Shown piece after piece: positions 1 to 10,580 of a stretch of 64,000 nucleotides of DNA (the stretch's first letter is position 1; the number at the start of each line of letters is the position of its first letter). Source of the DNA: Candidatus Latescibacterota bacterium (GTDB taxonomy: Bacteria; Latescibacterota; UBA2968; UBA8231); contig CBDAOB010000003.1 of the NCBI GenBank assembly GCA_965197905.1, positions 992,001 through 1,056,000 on the forward strand. Direction: 5' to 3'. Made by a program: the position numbers and the translations under genes. The notes below the pieces were generated by a model, which was given only the letters and a program-made list of their open reading frames with translations, had not been told where the DNA came from and searched no databases.

Positions 1-1
1 A

Positions 2-385
2 CGCGCCTGTGACGTGCCGCATTTCAAGCTCAAGGTTTTTTTCATTGTAGATGATATCGGCTATGACACCGCGCCGTTTAGTGTTGTTCCGGGCAGCCAC
101 CGATTTTCAGAAGCACCGGATAGGAGCAGACCTCTCGATGCGATGCCCGATCACCTGCGCATTACCGGCCCGGCAGGCAGTGCCATCATCTGGAACGGAT
201 CCCTATGGCACACGGCGATGGACAACACCGATACCAGGGCGCGGCGGATGCTACTGTACAATTACACGCACTTTGGCTCAGGCCAGCGGGAGCAGTACAT
301 ATTGCACGGAGAGTTTCGTGAACGTATGCGTCGCGAGCGATCGCCTTTTTGCCGGCAAGTGCTCGGTATCGACCCCATGCGCTAA
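2..385 (+). CDS. PhyH-family Fe(II)/2-oxoglutarate dioxygenase, 5'-partial
   Basis: Frame is open from the window edge. Has VVPGSH, distal His (GSAIIWNGSLWH) and the downstream RR motif typical of PhyH. Confidence 0.8.
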   Translation, partial: RACDVPHFKLKVFFIVDDIGYDTAPFSVVPGSHRFSEAPDRSRPLDAMPDHLRITGPAGSAIIWNGSLWHTAMDNTDTRARRMLLYNYTHFGSGQREQYILHGEFRERMRRERSPFCRQVLGIDPMR

Positions 386-465
386 GAGCCCCGCTGGGGA
401 TGGATTCTTTGACAACCGCGATAGTCTACGATGTGGGGTTGGCAATACAGCTATCCGACTATTAG

Positions 466-1182
466 ATGTCCCTGATAATCGTAATTGGTCGCGGCCATTC
501 CGGTACGCGCGCCATCTCCCATACCCTCTACGCCAGCGGCGTCTATATGGGCAGGCTCCTGAATCGTTCCGGCGACAAGGTGCCGCCCGACGCCTTGTAC
601 GACGCCTGCAGACTCATGGCCAAGCAGGTGAACTGGCTGGGCGGACTTTCCTGGGACTTCTCCGAGCTCAACAAGGGACAGATCGATCCGGAATTCGACA
701 GGCTCATAGACCGTTACTTGCAGGACATCCTGGGCGATTCATCCGAGCAGAAGGGGTGGAAGATTCCAGAAACAACACTGGTCTATCCCTGGATCGCGCG
801 AAGGTTCCCCGAGGCGAGATATATCCACTGGATTCGCGATCCCCGCGACAGCATCATCGGGCCGCACAACACCGATGATCTCGGGGAATTTGGAATACGG
901 TATCCCGCAACCGACGATGTTCGCGAGCGACGGGCCATTTCGTGGTACTATCAGTATCAGATTGTGAAGGCGACGCCCGATCCCAAAAACCTCATCACTA
1001 TCCGCTTCGAAGATTTCGTAGCAAAGCAGGAAGAGACACTAGAGCGACTGGAGTCGTTCCTGGGAATTTCGCTGGCTCGCATTGTCGTCCGTCGCGAACC
1101 GGTGGGACGCTGGAGGACGGACCACGAGCAGCATTACTTCGATTTCTTCGAAGCGGCGATGGCTGAACAGGGTTATGCCTAG
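466..1182 (+). CDS. Sulfotransferase family protein
   Basis: N-terminal GRGHSGT PAPS-binding loop, GWKIPE, IHWIRDPRDS and IRFEDF motifs. Confidence 0.85.
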   Translation: MSLIIVIGRGHSGTRAISHTLYASGVYMGRLLNRSGDKVPPDALYDACRLMAKQVNWLGGLSWDFSELNKGQIDPEFDRLIDRYLQDILGDSSEQKGWKIPETTLVYPWIARRFPEARYIHWIRDPRDSIIGPHNTDDLGEFGIRYPATDDVRERRAISWYYQYQIVKATPDPKNLITIRFEDFVAKQEETLERLESFLGISLARIVVRREPVGRWRTDHEQHYFDFFEAAMAEQGYA

Positions 1183-1232
1183 GCGCACCAGGAATTGGCA
1201 GGTTTGATCGCCGGAAGAGGAGATCACTAGCC

Positions 1233-1998
1233 GTGATTGAAGAGGAGATCTACGAGTTCGACCTAACCGGTTACATCGTTTACCCCGATCTCATCACACC
1301 TGACGATGTCGATCGCATGAACGATATTATCGATGCCAATCTCACCGATCAGATGAATCCCGGCCATTTCGGCTTTTTCCCCGGCGACGGAGCCAGATCG
1401 GATACCTGTTTCCTGGAGCTGATGGCCCATCCACGCACGCTGCAGATCATACGTGTGATGCTTGGGGACTGGCTGCGGCTCGACCATGCTTATGCCATCC
1501 AGATGGCGAAAGATTCCGACGTCCACGAGAATCTGCATGGAGGTTTGCGGGAGAATCAGGGTGAACACCAGTATCAGTGGGTTTACAACACGATGTATAA
1601 CGGGCTGATCGTTGTCATGTACGCGCTCGGGGGATGTAAATCCCGGAGACGGCGGGTTCATCTGTGTGCCTGGAAGCCACAAGGCAAACATCAACTCCTA
1701 CAAACCTTCGGTCTACTCGCACCTTGTGGCCAACCCCAGCCTCAATGCTGGCGACATGCTGATTTTCACCGAAGCCCTAGTCCACGGTACCCGGAAATGG
1801 ACCTCTGACAACAAGCGACGGTCGCTTCTTTACAAATACTCACCCGGATATTCTACGTGGGGAGATCCCGGAAAGTTGGAGCGTTCGAGGGAATTGGCCC
1901 AGAACGATCTGCAGCGAGCCCTCCTGCGTCCGCCGTACGTGGGAGAACGCACCCCTCTCGAATTCCCCGAAGTACCCGACACCTGGAAGCTGAGCTAG
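1233..1998 (+). pseudogene. PhyH-family dioxygenase (LHGG type), +1 frameshift in a G5 run at 1629-1633
   Basis: ORFs 1233-1808 and 1612-1998 join as VVMYALG-DVNPGDGGFICVPGSHK if one G is removed. Could be a sequencing error. Confidence 0.8.
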
Positions 1999-2029
1999 CG
2001 AAAAACGCACGTCTGCAACAGAGTGTTAT

Positions 2030-3022
2030 TCACGCCGATCCCAATGCCGGCCACGGCACCGGAACATCCAAAGGCCTGGCGATTTCTTCCAGCAGACGGC
2101 AGGTCTCTTTCGCGAGCGGAATCCCCTCCCGCTGATACATTTCCTGTCTTTCGGCCTCGAGCATGCCGGGCAGCATGGCTCGATCACTCCCGGGCATGGG
2201 CCGCATCTGCGTGCAGATCTCCGAGATAAACCGATCCACGATCCCGCCAAACGTGGAGGCAGAGGTGAAATGGCCCACATCGATGGCCAGCACGAACGCG
2301 CCGATGCCGGCCGCGGGCCAGGCGGGCGATGGCTCCTCTGTATACCTCTGCATCTGACCGCTGAGACCATCCCCAAGGAGCTTGGCCACAACGGTGAATC
2401 CCAGGCTCATGAAGAATGCGGACGGGACCTGGTCAAAGAGGTCCAGATCTTTCTCCCGGAACAGGTTGGCGCAGCCGTCGACGATAATGGGCGGCCGCTC
2501 GCCGGCAGGGATCGCAAAGCTGATGGGACGCGATCCCCATAGGGCGATCGGCACATCGGGGAAATCAAATCCCGAGACCAACCCTTGTACGGAAAAGCCG
2601 ACACAACCGGCCTCTGCGCACATATGGGTATAATGGCTGGCAGAGCCGTAGTGCCCGATATGATGCAGTGAACCGACTGCCACGCCGCAATCCCGCGCCT
2701 TCGAGATTATCTTCTCCGTCACGTGTGCGGTCGGGAGATAGCCCAGACCGCCGTCGCCGTTGACGACCAAATGCGCTTGCTCCTCGCGCACGACCTGTAT
2801 GTCAGGCGTCGGGTTGATCGAACCCTCCTGTAAATTTTGAACGTAACGTTCGATCTGCGGTGCGCCGTGGCTATGAATTCCTCGCAAGTCCGCCCAGGTC
2901 AGACGTCTGGCAATGTGCTCGGCATGTTCATCCGCCAGCCCGCACTTTTTCAGGCAAGTCTCCAGGAACTGCTGGTGGGCCTCCGGTTCGATGCGGAGAA
3001 AATCGTTGGGTGGCTGATTCAT
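2030..3022 (-). CDS. Ldh_2 family (malate/L-lactate/ureidoglycolate-type) oxidoreductase
   Basis: ADLRGIHSHG, DGGLGY, HIGHYG, FVLAIDV and MLPG motifs. Start set at MNQPPND. Confidence 0.85.
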   Translation of the reverse strand: MNQPPNDFLRIEPEAHQQFLETCLKKCGLADEHAEHIARRLTWADLRGIHSHGAPQIERYVQNLQEGSINPTPDIQVVREEQAHLVVNGDGGLGYLPTAHVTEKIISKARDCGVAVGSLHHIGHYGSASHYTHMCAEAGCVGFSVQGLVSGFDFPDVPIALWGSRPISFAIPAGERPPIIVDGCANLFREKDLDLFDQVPSAFFMSLGFTVVAKLLGDGLSGQMQRYTEEPSPAWPAAGIGAFVLAIDVGHFTSASTFGGIVDRFISEICTQMRPMPGSDRAMLPGMLEAERQEMYQREGIPLAKETCRLLEEIARPLDVPVPWPALGSA

Positions 3023-3163
3023 GTCGTGCTCCTTTGGCCGTAGGATCGGATGGTGTATACTGTGCGTAGAAACTGCCAAGCTTCAAGGAGCCGCGCCAGC
3101 CCTTTGCGGCTCTGACGAGGGAGGAGAATACGAGCTTGGCTAATGGTGGCTGACGCAGGCTGA

Positions 3164-4435
3164 ATGAGAGAGCTCTTGAAAAACTGGGCGGGCAACCTGG
3201 AGTTCCGTGCCCATAAGCTTCACGCGCCCAAAACCGTAGAGCAGGTCCAGGATCTGGTCAAAAGTCGCGACCATCTGCGGGTGCTCGGTTCACGTCATTC
3301 ATTCAACGACATCGCCGACTCTACACATGATCTGATGTCGCTGGAGCATCTCCGTCAAGACTTCGTTCTGGATAGTGAACGCAACCGGGTAAGCGCCGCT
3401 GCGGCGACCAAGTACGGGCACTTGGCGCAGTTCCTCTTCAGTGAAGGTTATGCGCTGCACAACATGGCTTCTCTGCCGCATATCTCGGTCGCCGGCGCCT
3501 GTGCCACCGCCACCCACGGTTCAGGGGATAACAACGGGAATCTGGCGACGGCGGTATGCGGGTTGGAGTTCGTCACCGCCGCGGGAGAGTTGAAGGTGCT
3601 GACCCGAGACCAGCATGGAGAGCAGTTTCAGGGCGCGGTCGTCTCGCTGGGCGGTCTTGGTGTCGTCACCAGGGTCATGCTCGAGCTCTCGCTGACCTTC
3701 GATGTGGCGCAGTCGATCTACGAAAATCTTCCAGCGGCGAGCCTGCAAAACCACTTCGACGAGATCATGTCCAGTGCCTACAGCGTCAGCCTGTTCACCG
3801 ATTGGCAGCACGACACTATCGATCAAGTCTGGGTAAAGAGAAGGGTTGAAACCGCCGACTCTTCGGAACCGGAGCCCGAACTGTTCGGTGCGACCCTGGC
3901 ACAGCGGGACCTCCATCCGATCGCCAACCTGTCCGCGGAGAACTGCACGAAACAGATGAGCGTCGCCGGTCCGTGGCACGAGCGCTTGCCCCATTTCCGC
4001 ATGGAGTTCACCCCAAGCAGCGGAGCAGAGCTGCAAACGGAATATTTCGTCCCCCGACAACATTCGATTTTGGCATTGCAGGCGGTCGGCAGCTTGCGCC
4101 AGCAGCTGGCGCCCCTGCTGCTGACCTCGGAAATCCGCTCCATCGCCGGCGACGACCTATGGATGAGCCCTTGTTATCACCAGGACTGCATCGCCATCCA
4201 CTTTACCTGGAAACCGAATTGGGCCGAAGTCAGCGAGCTGCTGCCGGAGATCGAGCAGCAGCTCGCGCCGTTTGATGCCCGACCACATTGGGGGAAACTC
4301 TTCACGATGCACCCGGAACGCCTGCAATCGCTCTATGCGAGGTTGCCCGACTTCCGAGAGTTGCTCGGTTATTACGATCCGGAGGGGAAGTTTCGCAACA
4401 ACTTTCTCGAAACCTACGTATTTGGAGGACGGTAA
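3164..4435 (+). CDS. FAD-linked alditol/xylitol oxidase-like protein
   Basis: NWAGN, GSRHSFN (covalent-FAD His), NMASLPHISVAGACATATHGSG and C-terminal RPHWGK. Confidence 0.9.
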   Translation: MRELLKNWAGNLEFRAHKLHAPKTVEQVQDLVKSRDHLRVLGSRHSFNDIADSTHDLMSLEHLRQDFVLDSERNRVSAAAATKYGHLAQFLFSEGYALHNMASLPHISVAGACATATHGSGDNNGNLATAVCGLEFVTAAGELKVLTRDQHGEQFQGAVVSLGGLGVVTRVMLELSLTFDVAQSIYENLPAASLQNHFDEIMSSAYSVSLFTDWQHDTIDQVWVKRRVETADSSEPEPELFGATLAQRDLHPIANLSAENCTKQMSVAGPWHERLPHFRMEFTPSSGAELQTEYFVPRQHSILALQAVGSLRQQLAPLLLTSEIRSIAGDDLWMSPCYHQDCIAIHFTWKPNWAEVSELLPEIEQQLAPFDARPHWGKLFTMHPERLQSLYARLPDFRELLGYYDPEGKFRNNFLETYVFGGR

Positions 4436-4450
4436 GCACCAGCCGCACGC

Positions 4451-5686
4451 ATGCACCCAATCGAGGCCACATCTGACTACGAGCTCTTTTGCCGATCCCG
4501 TCTGGCGGATCCTTATCCCTTCTATCACCGACTCAGAACCGAAGATCCCGTCCATTTCAGCGATACTCTCCAGACGTGGGTGCTCACCACCTACGACGAC
4601 GTCGCCGCGGCTACCCGCGATGCCCGGTTTTCTTCCGATCGAATGCAATTCTACCTGAATCCAATTCCAGCGGAATCTCGCCCAAAACTGGCCTCCCTTT
4701 GTGAGTACATGTCCCGGTGGATGAGCATGAAAGATCCGCCGGATCATACCCGTCTGCGGGGGTTGATCAACAACGCGTTTACTTCGCGGTCGGTTGAAGA
4801 GATGATTCCACGTATTCGGGAGATTTCGCGAAACATGATCGCTGATTTTGGCGAAGGAGGAAGGGTCGACCTGATCGGACAGTTCGCCTATCCGCTGCCT
4901 GCTACCGTGATCTGCGAGATGCTAGGTATCCCTTCTGACGAGCAGACGCAGTTTCGCCAATGGTCCAATGACATCGTTGCCTTTTCAGCGGGCAGCGGTC
5001 TGCTGCTTGAGGAGGTGGCGGCATGCGCGCAGGAAAGCCAGCTGGCATTGGTCGAATACTGCCGTCGAATCATCGATCAGCATCGGCGGCAACCACAGGA
5101 CGATCTGATCAGCCGGCTGATATCGGTTGAACAGGAGGGGACGCAGCTGAACGAGCTCGAGTTGTATGCCATGTGCGTCCAGCTGTTCGTCGCCGGGCAC
5201 GAGACTACCACCAATCTCATCGGAAACGGAGTACTGGCACTCCTGCACCATCCTCGGGATTTCGAGCACCTCCGAACGCACCCCGAACTGCTCGAATCCG
5301 CCGTGGAGGAATTTCTCCGCTACGACAGTCCGGTGCAACGCGCCGGCCGCATCGTCCATGAAGATCTGGAGATACGCGGCAGGCGGATCGAGAAAGGACA
5401 ATCGGTAATGCTGATGTATGGCGCGGCCAATCGGGATCCCGACCAGTTCGCCGATCCCGATCGCCTGATTCTCAGCCGCCAGCCCAACCGACATTCGGCT
5501 TTCGGCCGCGGTCCCCACTTCTGCGTCGGGGCCCCTCTTGCCCGGCTGGAGGCGCAAATCGCTTTCGAAACGATTTTTTCCAGATTGATGGAGATTCGTC
5601 TTTCGGATCGTGAGCTTAGATGGAGACCGAGCATGGCGATGCGGGGGCTGGAGTCCCTAGAGGTTGAGTACTCGCTGCGCAGATGA
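4451..5686 (+). CDS. Cytochrome P450
   Basis: DPPDHTRLR, I-helix AGHETT, ExxR (EFLR) and heme motif FGRGPHFCVG. Confidence 0.95.
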   Translation: MHPIEATSDYELFCRSRLADPYPFYHRLRTEDPVHFSDTLQTWVLTTYDDVAAATRDARFSSDRMQFYLNPIPAESRPKLASLCEYMSRWMSMKDPPDHTRLRGLINNAFTSRSVEEMIPRIREISRNMIADFGEGGRVDLIGQFAYPLPATVICEMLGIPSDEQTQFRQWSNDIVAFSAGSGLLLEEVAACAQESQLALVEYCRRIIDQHRRQPQDDLISRLISVEQEGTQLNELELYAMCVQLFVAGHETTTNLIGNGVLALLHHPRDFEHLRTHPELLESAVEEFLRYDSPVQRAGRIVHEDLEIRGRRIEKGQSVMLMYGAANRDPDQFADPDRLILSRQPNRHSAFGRGPHFCVGAPLARLEAQIAFETIFSRLMEIRLSDRELRWRPSMAMRGLESLEVEYSLRR

Positions 5687-5837
5687 TATGATTGGTCGTC
5701 TTTGTCGCAGGTGCGGATCCATGGAGTAGTTGTCATACGATACTGCTCAACGACGGGCAGATGCGCGACTCTGTGTCAACGTAACCTGTGCATAATCACC
5801 GCGGCAACACGCAACAAGGCGAAAGAAGGAGTTGAGA

Positions 5838-6254
5838 ATGGCCGCCAGCACTCACGGAACCGACGAGTCCTCCACATCGTTCAGATCGGCGATTCCGATA
5901 CTGAACGTGAAAAGTGTGGAGGCGAGCATCGAGCACTACACATCGGTTCTCGGTTTCAAGAAGGACTGGGACTGGCCTGATGAAGAGGAGATCAAGACCT
6001 TTGCCTCTATTTCGAACGGCAAGGCGAACCTTTTCCTTGCCAAAGAGTCACAAGGGGTTCGACCGGTCTGGATCTACTACGATGTCGGCGACATCGACCG
6101 GCTGCTCCAAGAGTACCAACAGGCAGGGGCGACCATAAAGAAGCTGCCCGAAGACAGACCATGGGGCATGCGTGAGATGCTCGTGGAAGACCTGGACGGC
6201 CACGTGCTGCGGATAGGCGGTTCTACCGAGGAGCACCATGAAGATGGGAAATAG
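5838..6254 (+). CDS. VOC/glyoxalase/bleomycin-resistance family protein
   Basis: YTSVLGF and PWGMREMLVEDLDGHVLRIG motifs. Confidence 0.85.
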   Translation: MAASTHGTDESSTSFRSAIPILNVKSVEASIEHYTSVLGFKKDWDWPDEEEIKTFASISNGKANLFLAKESQGVRPVWIYYDVGDIDRLLQEYQQAGATIKKLPEDRPWGMREMLVEDLDGHVLRIGGSTEEHHEDGK

Positions 6255-6283
6255 GTGCCTATCGTTCGGGAGGCGAATCTGAG

Positions 6284-6967
6284 ATGGCCGCTCCCGACCT
6301 GCAACAGGCGCTCGAGGATGCGTTTGCGGAGGCGCGCCGTCGCTACCAGGAACGCGGCTTCCAGCGGCGCGTGGGCTTTGGCAAAAAGCCGGCCATGATC
6401 AACGTCGATCTGGCCAATGCCTGGACCCGCCCCGGAAATCCCTTTACTTGCGAGAACGTCGACGAACAGATAATACCGAGCGTCCGGCGCCTTTTGGATG
6501 CCTTTCGCAGCAACAAGCATTTGGTGGTTTTCGCGACCACCTGCTATCAGAATACCGATCGCAACGATCCTCATACTGACATGGGGCTGTGGCATCACAA
6601 GATCCCCTTAGAGGCTGTTCCCCAGAACCAGCCGGAGCTTTGGGCCATAGATGATCGCATTGCGCCCATCGATGGCGAGCCGATCGTAATTAAAAAACAT
6701 GCCAGCGCTTTTCATGGAACCTTCCTGGCGGGGTTTCTAAGAGCAGCCGGTGTCGACACCATTCTGGTGACCGGGGTTACCGCCTGCGCCTGCGTGCGTC
6801 AGACCGTCTGCGACGGCCTGGCCGAAGGTTTTCGCCCTATCGCAGTCAAGGAGTGCATCGGGGATCGCGTACCAGGCGCGGTGGAATGGAATCTATTCGA
6901 CATCGACGCGAAATTCGGCGACGTCGAATCTTTGGAACACTGTATCGAGTTTCTCGATCGGCTATGA
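6284..6967 (+). CDS. Isochorismatase-family cysteine hydrolase (N-carbamoylsarcosine/maleamate amidase-like)
   Basis: Catalytic D (VDLANAW), K (KKHASAFHGT) and C (TACACVRQT). Confidence 0.88.
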   Translation: MAAPDLQQALEDAFAEARRRYQERGFQRRVGFGKKPAMINVDLANAWTRPGNPFTCENVDEQIIPSVRRLLDAFRSNKHLVVFATTCYQNTDRNDPHTDMGLWHHKIPLEAVPQNQPELWAIDDRIAPIDGEPIVIKKHASAFHGTFLAGFLRAAGVDTILVTGVTACACVRQTVCDGLAEGFRPIAVKECIGDRVPGAVEWNLFDIDAKFGDVESLEHCIEFLDRL

Positions 6968-6980
6968 GACGATCTCAGCA

Positions 6981-7865
6981 GTGAAAACCTACACCTACAA
7001 GCAGGTCGACGGGCTGGCGATAAGAGCGAACGTCTACGAGCCCGAAAGGTCGAAGGCAGGTTCGGTGGTGGTGTGGATTCATGGCGGCGCGCTGATTATG
7101 GGCTACCGCGACGGCATGATCGACGAATTGCGCACCGGACTCTTGGATGCCGGTTGCGTCGTCGTATCTATTGACTATAGGCTGGCTCCCGAATCAAAGC
7201 TGCCAGAGATCATCGCGGACGTGGAAGATGCGTTCGCCTGGATCCGGGAGGCAGGTCCAGGCCTGTTTGGCGCCGATCCAACCCGCATGGCGGTAATCGG
7301 AGGCTCTGCCGGCGGGTATCTGACGCTCCTGACCGGGTATCGCGTTCAGCCACGACCGGCAGCGCTGGTCTCCCTGTATGGATACGGTGACCTGATCGGC
7401 CCGTGGTATAGTGAATCGAGCCCCCACTCGCGGCACCACCAGATAAGAATGAGCCGTGAAGAGGCATTTCGACAGGTGAGTGGACAACCGATTTCTGATT
7501 CACGAGATCGGTCGGGTGACGGGTCGGCATTTTATCAGTTTCTACGACAGAACGGTCTGTGGCCCAAGGCGGTCTCCGGTTGGGACCCTCGCAGCGAATG
7601 CGAAAAGTTCGCACCCTTCATGCCGCTCGAAAACGTAACGTCGGATTACCCACCTACGCTGCTCATTCATGGCACCGCGGATACCGACGTGCCGTACGAA
7701 CAGTCGATCCTGATGGCAAAGGCGTTCGAAATACATGGAGTTGAACACCGATTGATCACCCTGGAAGGCGTGGAACATGGCTTGGCGGGCGCCGGGGACG
7801 AACAAAAAACTGAGGTGTACGGTGCAGCCGTCGCGTTTCTCGCAGAAGAGCTCAAAGGAAAATGA
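6981..7865 (+). CDS. Alpha/beta hydrolase (HSL-like esterase)
   Basis: HGGA oxyanion motif, DYRLAPE, GGSAGG nucleophile, HGTADTDVP and EHG. Confidence 0.9.
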   Translation: MKTYTYKQVDGLAIRANVYEPERSKAGSVVVWIHGGALIMGYRDGMIDELRTGLLDAGCVVVSIDYRLAPESKLPEIIADVEDAFAWIREAGPGLFGADPTRMAVIGGSAGGYLTLLTGYRVQPRPAALVSLYGYGDLIGPWYSESSPHSRHHQIRMSREEAFRQVSGQPISDSRDRSGDGSAFYQFLRQNGLWPKAVSGWDPRSECEKFAPFMPLENVTSDYPPTLLIHGTADTDVPYEQSILMAKAFEIHGVEHRLITLEGVEHGLAGAGDEQKTEVYGAAVAFLAEELKGK

Positions 7866-7878
7866 AGAACGGAGGACC

Positions 7879-8265
7879 ATGGCGATACGAATCGTAAGAC
7901 TCGGAACTCCGAGGGCAAAAGGCGAGGGGCTTCGCATCGGCACCGTCAGGCGGCCTCCCCGCGGTATCAAGAAGGCGGATTATGCGGCCAAGGACATTTT
8001 TGACGTGTGGTTCCCCAACCTTTCGCCCAGCGAGGCCTTGCTGAAGGAGGCCTCGCCCCTAATAGAGGGGAATCCATGGAAGGTTTTTGAGCGAAGGTTT
8101 CTGGCGGAGATGAAGTCGCCCGAAGCGAAAAGAGAGCTGGAACTTCTGGCGGCTCTTTCCCACCAAACCAACTTCGCACTCGGTTGCTACTGTGAAGACG
8201 AATCTCGATGCCACCGGTCTATATTGCGGACGTCGCTAGAAAAATTGGGAGCCGACCTCAAATAG
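7879..8265 (+). CDS. DUF488 family protein
   Basis: IGTVRRPPRG, WFPNLSPS and GCYCEDESRCHRSIL motifs. RBS ggagg upstream. Confidence 0.8.
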   Translation: MAIRIVRLGTPRAKGEGLRIGTVRRPPRGIKKADYAAKDIFDVWFPNLSPSEALLKEASPLIEGNPWKVFERRFLAEMKSPEAKRELELLAALSHQTNFALGCYCEDESRCHRSILRTSLEKLGADLK

Positions 8266-8288
8266 GGAGCGCACAAACGGGGGATAAT

Positions 8289-9380
8289 ATGGCAATTTTT
8301 AATGGTTTGGGGATGTCTCTCGGTAACCTGTCACGCCTTTCTGACGCGAAGACTCGCTCCATTAGTGGAGAAAACCCGACCGGTGAAAAAGGCAAGGGCG
8401 CCATGGCGACGGAAGGCTCCGGAGCGAAAATGGCGCGCGAGCTGGGTCAAGGCTGGAAGGTAAACCCATTCGTCAAAATCGAACCGGGAGAGACCTTTAC
8501 CTTCGCCGAAATCGACGGGCCGGGCGCGATCCAATCGATGTGGTTGAGCGGTTCGGTTGCCAAGAGCGGACCGCTCACCCGTTTTTACATCCTGCGCATA
8601 TACTGGGACGATCAGGAGCAACCCGCGGTGGAGTGTCCGGCGGCGGATTTCTTCGCCTCCGGATGGGGGCAGTACGCTCAGATCAACTCGGTACCGGTCT
8701 CGGTCAATCCGAACCGTTCCTATAACTGCTTTTGGGAGATGCCGTTCCGCAAGCGCTGCCGCATGACCTTGGAAAACCGGCACTTCGAAACGATATGTTT
8801 CTACTTCCAGGTGAACTATACATTGACCGAGGTCCCCGACGACGCGGCTTACTTCCACGCGCAGTTTCGCCGTGTGAACCCCCTTCCGTACAAGGAGGCG
8901 TTTACGATCGTCGATGGCATCAAGGGAAGAGGTCATTACATCGGCACCGCAATGGCCTGGGGTGTCAATAGCGGTGGCTGGTGGGGCGAGGGAGAGGTCA
9001 AGTTCTACATGGACGGCGATTCCGAGTTTCCCACTATATGCGGTACCGGCACAGAGGATTATTTCGGCGGTGCCTACGATTGGGATGTGGACGGGGAGTA
9101 TGTAACCTACTCCGGTCCGTTTCTGGGCATGCACCAGGTGCTTCAACCTGATGGCCTTTATCAATCGCAGCAGCGTTTCGCCATGTACCGTTGGCACGTC
9201 ATGGATCCAATCCGGTTCGAACAGGATCTGCGGGTGACGATTCAGGCGATCGGAATCAGAGAGGGAGGGCGGTGGGAAGCGCGACAGGACGACATGGCCG
9301 CGGTGGCATACTGGTATCAGACGCTTCCTACGGCACCGTTCCCGCCGTTGCAGGACAGGGACGACCTGGAGATCATGTAG
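8289..9380 (+). CDS. DUF2961 / glycoside hydrolase family 172 protein
   Basis: TRSISGENPTGEKG, WWGEGEVKFY, CGTGTEDYF and YRWHVMDPI motifs. Confidence 0.88.
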   Translation: MAIFNGLGMSLGNLSRLSDAKTRSISGENPTGEKGKGAMATEGSGAKMARELGQGWKVNPFVKIEPGETFTFAEIDGPGAIQSMWLSGSVAKSGPLTRFYILRIYWDDQEQPAVECPAADFFASGWGQYAQINSVPVSVNPNRSYNCFWEMPFRKRCRMTLENRHFETICFYFQVNYTLTEVPDDAAYFHAQFRRVNPLPYKEAFTIVDGIKGRGHYIGTAMAWGVNSGGWWGEGEVKFYMDGDSEFPTICGTGTEDYFGGAYDWDVDGEYVTYSGPFLGMHQVLQPDGLYQSQQRFAMYRWHVMDPIRFEQDLRVTIQAIGIREGGRWEARQDDMAAVAYWYQTLPTAPFPPLQDRDDLEIM

Positions 9381-9403
9381 ATGACAAACGGAGGTTATCT
9401 GTC

Positions 9404-9754
9404 GTGATCACGGGTGCCCACGCCGTTATCTACAGCACGGATCCGGCAGCGGATCGCGCTTTTCTGCGCGACGTACTGAAGCTGGCCAACGTCGACGTAG
9501 GGGACGGATGGTTGATCTTTGGATTGCCACCGTCTGAAGTGGCCGTGCACCCATCGGACGCCAACGATGTTCACGAGTTCTTTTTGATATGCGATGACGT
9601 CCATCGGTTCGTCGAAGAAATGCAGACACACAAAGTGTCCTGCCAACCGGTTCAGGACAAAGGCTGGGGCTTACTGACCCACCTCGAGCTTCCGGGAGGT
9701 GGAAAGCTCGGCGTGTACGAACCCAGGCATGCACGCCCCGAACCGATGAGGTGA
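9404..9754 (+). CDS. Small VOC-fold (extradiol dioxygenase-like) protein
   Basis: ITGAHAVIYS..ADRAF, GWLIFGLPPSEVAVHP and LPGGGKLGVYEPRH. GTG start with ggagg RBS. Confidence 0.8.
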   Translation: MITGAHAVIYSTDPAADRAFLRDVLKLANVDVGDGWLIFGLPPSEVAVHPSDANDVHEFFLICDDVHRFVEEMQTHKVSCQPVQDKGWGLLTHLELPGGGKLGVYEPRHARPEPMR

Positions 9755-9833
9755 TAAGACTGAAGGGCTGCAGCACTGCCCAAGGCAGCGCTCGACGAAC
9801 TCTAGTTTCTAAACACCTGGATAGCCACCACCC

Positions 9834-10580
9834 GTGCCGAACCTGCCAATCACCGTTCCGGATAATTTTCGCATCATCGCCCACCGAGGAGCATCTGCCT
9901 ACGCACCTGAGAACACTCTGCCCGCGTTCGAGCTGGCGCGCAAGATGAGGGTCCGCGAGGTCGAGGTCGACACCCAGCTTGCCACCGATGGCGTAGTCGT
10001 ACTGTGCCACGACGATAACCTAGAACGATATGGTCAGGGTGATCGGATCGTGGAGCGGTTGTCGTCAGCAGAGCTCTTGTCCACCGATGTGGGCTCCTGG
10101 TTCTCGCCATTTTTCTACGCCGATACGCCCATGATGACGCTGAACAGCCTGCTGCACAGGTTCGCCAGGGACTTCGTGTTTCACATTGAGCTGAAGGGGA
10201 AATCCCCGGACCTGTCGGCGAAGGTCTTCGCCCTGCTCGATGGTCACAACTTGATTCAGGACTCGATCGTGACCTCGTTCTCATGGGAACAATTGGTTCG
10301 GATGCGTCAGAAATCGGCCTCCTGCCGCCTGGGCTGGCTGGTGCACGAATTCAATCCGCAAACACTCGACCGTGCCGCCGAGTTGAATCTCTTTCAATTG
10401 TGTCCCCCGGCGCGGGAAGTGACCGAACAGCTTGTAGAGCTGGGGCATGGTGCCGTGGAGGAGGTCCGCGTTTGGGGCATGAGTGGTCCCTCTCCGGAGG
10501 TGCGGTCGCTCATTCGGAGAGTTGTAGACTGCGACTGTGACGGCATGACCATCAATTGGCCAGATTGGGCCACACATTAG
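9834..10580 (+). CDS. Glycerophosphodiester phosphodiesterase (GDPD)
   Basis: IAHRGASAYAPENT, EVD, CHD, IELK and TSF motifs. Confidence 0.9.
   Translation: MPNLPITVPDNFRIIAHRGASAYAPENTLPAFELARKMRVREVEVDTQLATDGVVVLCHDDNLERYGQGDRIVERLSSAELLSTDVGSWFSPFFYADTPMMTLNSLLHRFARDFVFHIELKGKSPDLSAKVFALLDGHNLIQDSIVTSFSWEQLVRMRQKSASCRLGWLVHEFNPQTLDRAAELNLFQLCPPAREVTEQLVELGHGAVEEVRVWGMSGPSPEVRSLIRRVVDCDCDGMTINWPDWATH

Noticed and set aside
51..878. 275-aa alternative-frame ORF and similar long shadow ORFs (8331-9197, 13786-14691, 29947-30849, 49123-50028, 50561-51628)
   Set aside because: They overlap well-supported genes, have no motifs and are expected in GC-rich DNA.
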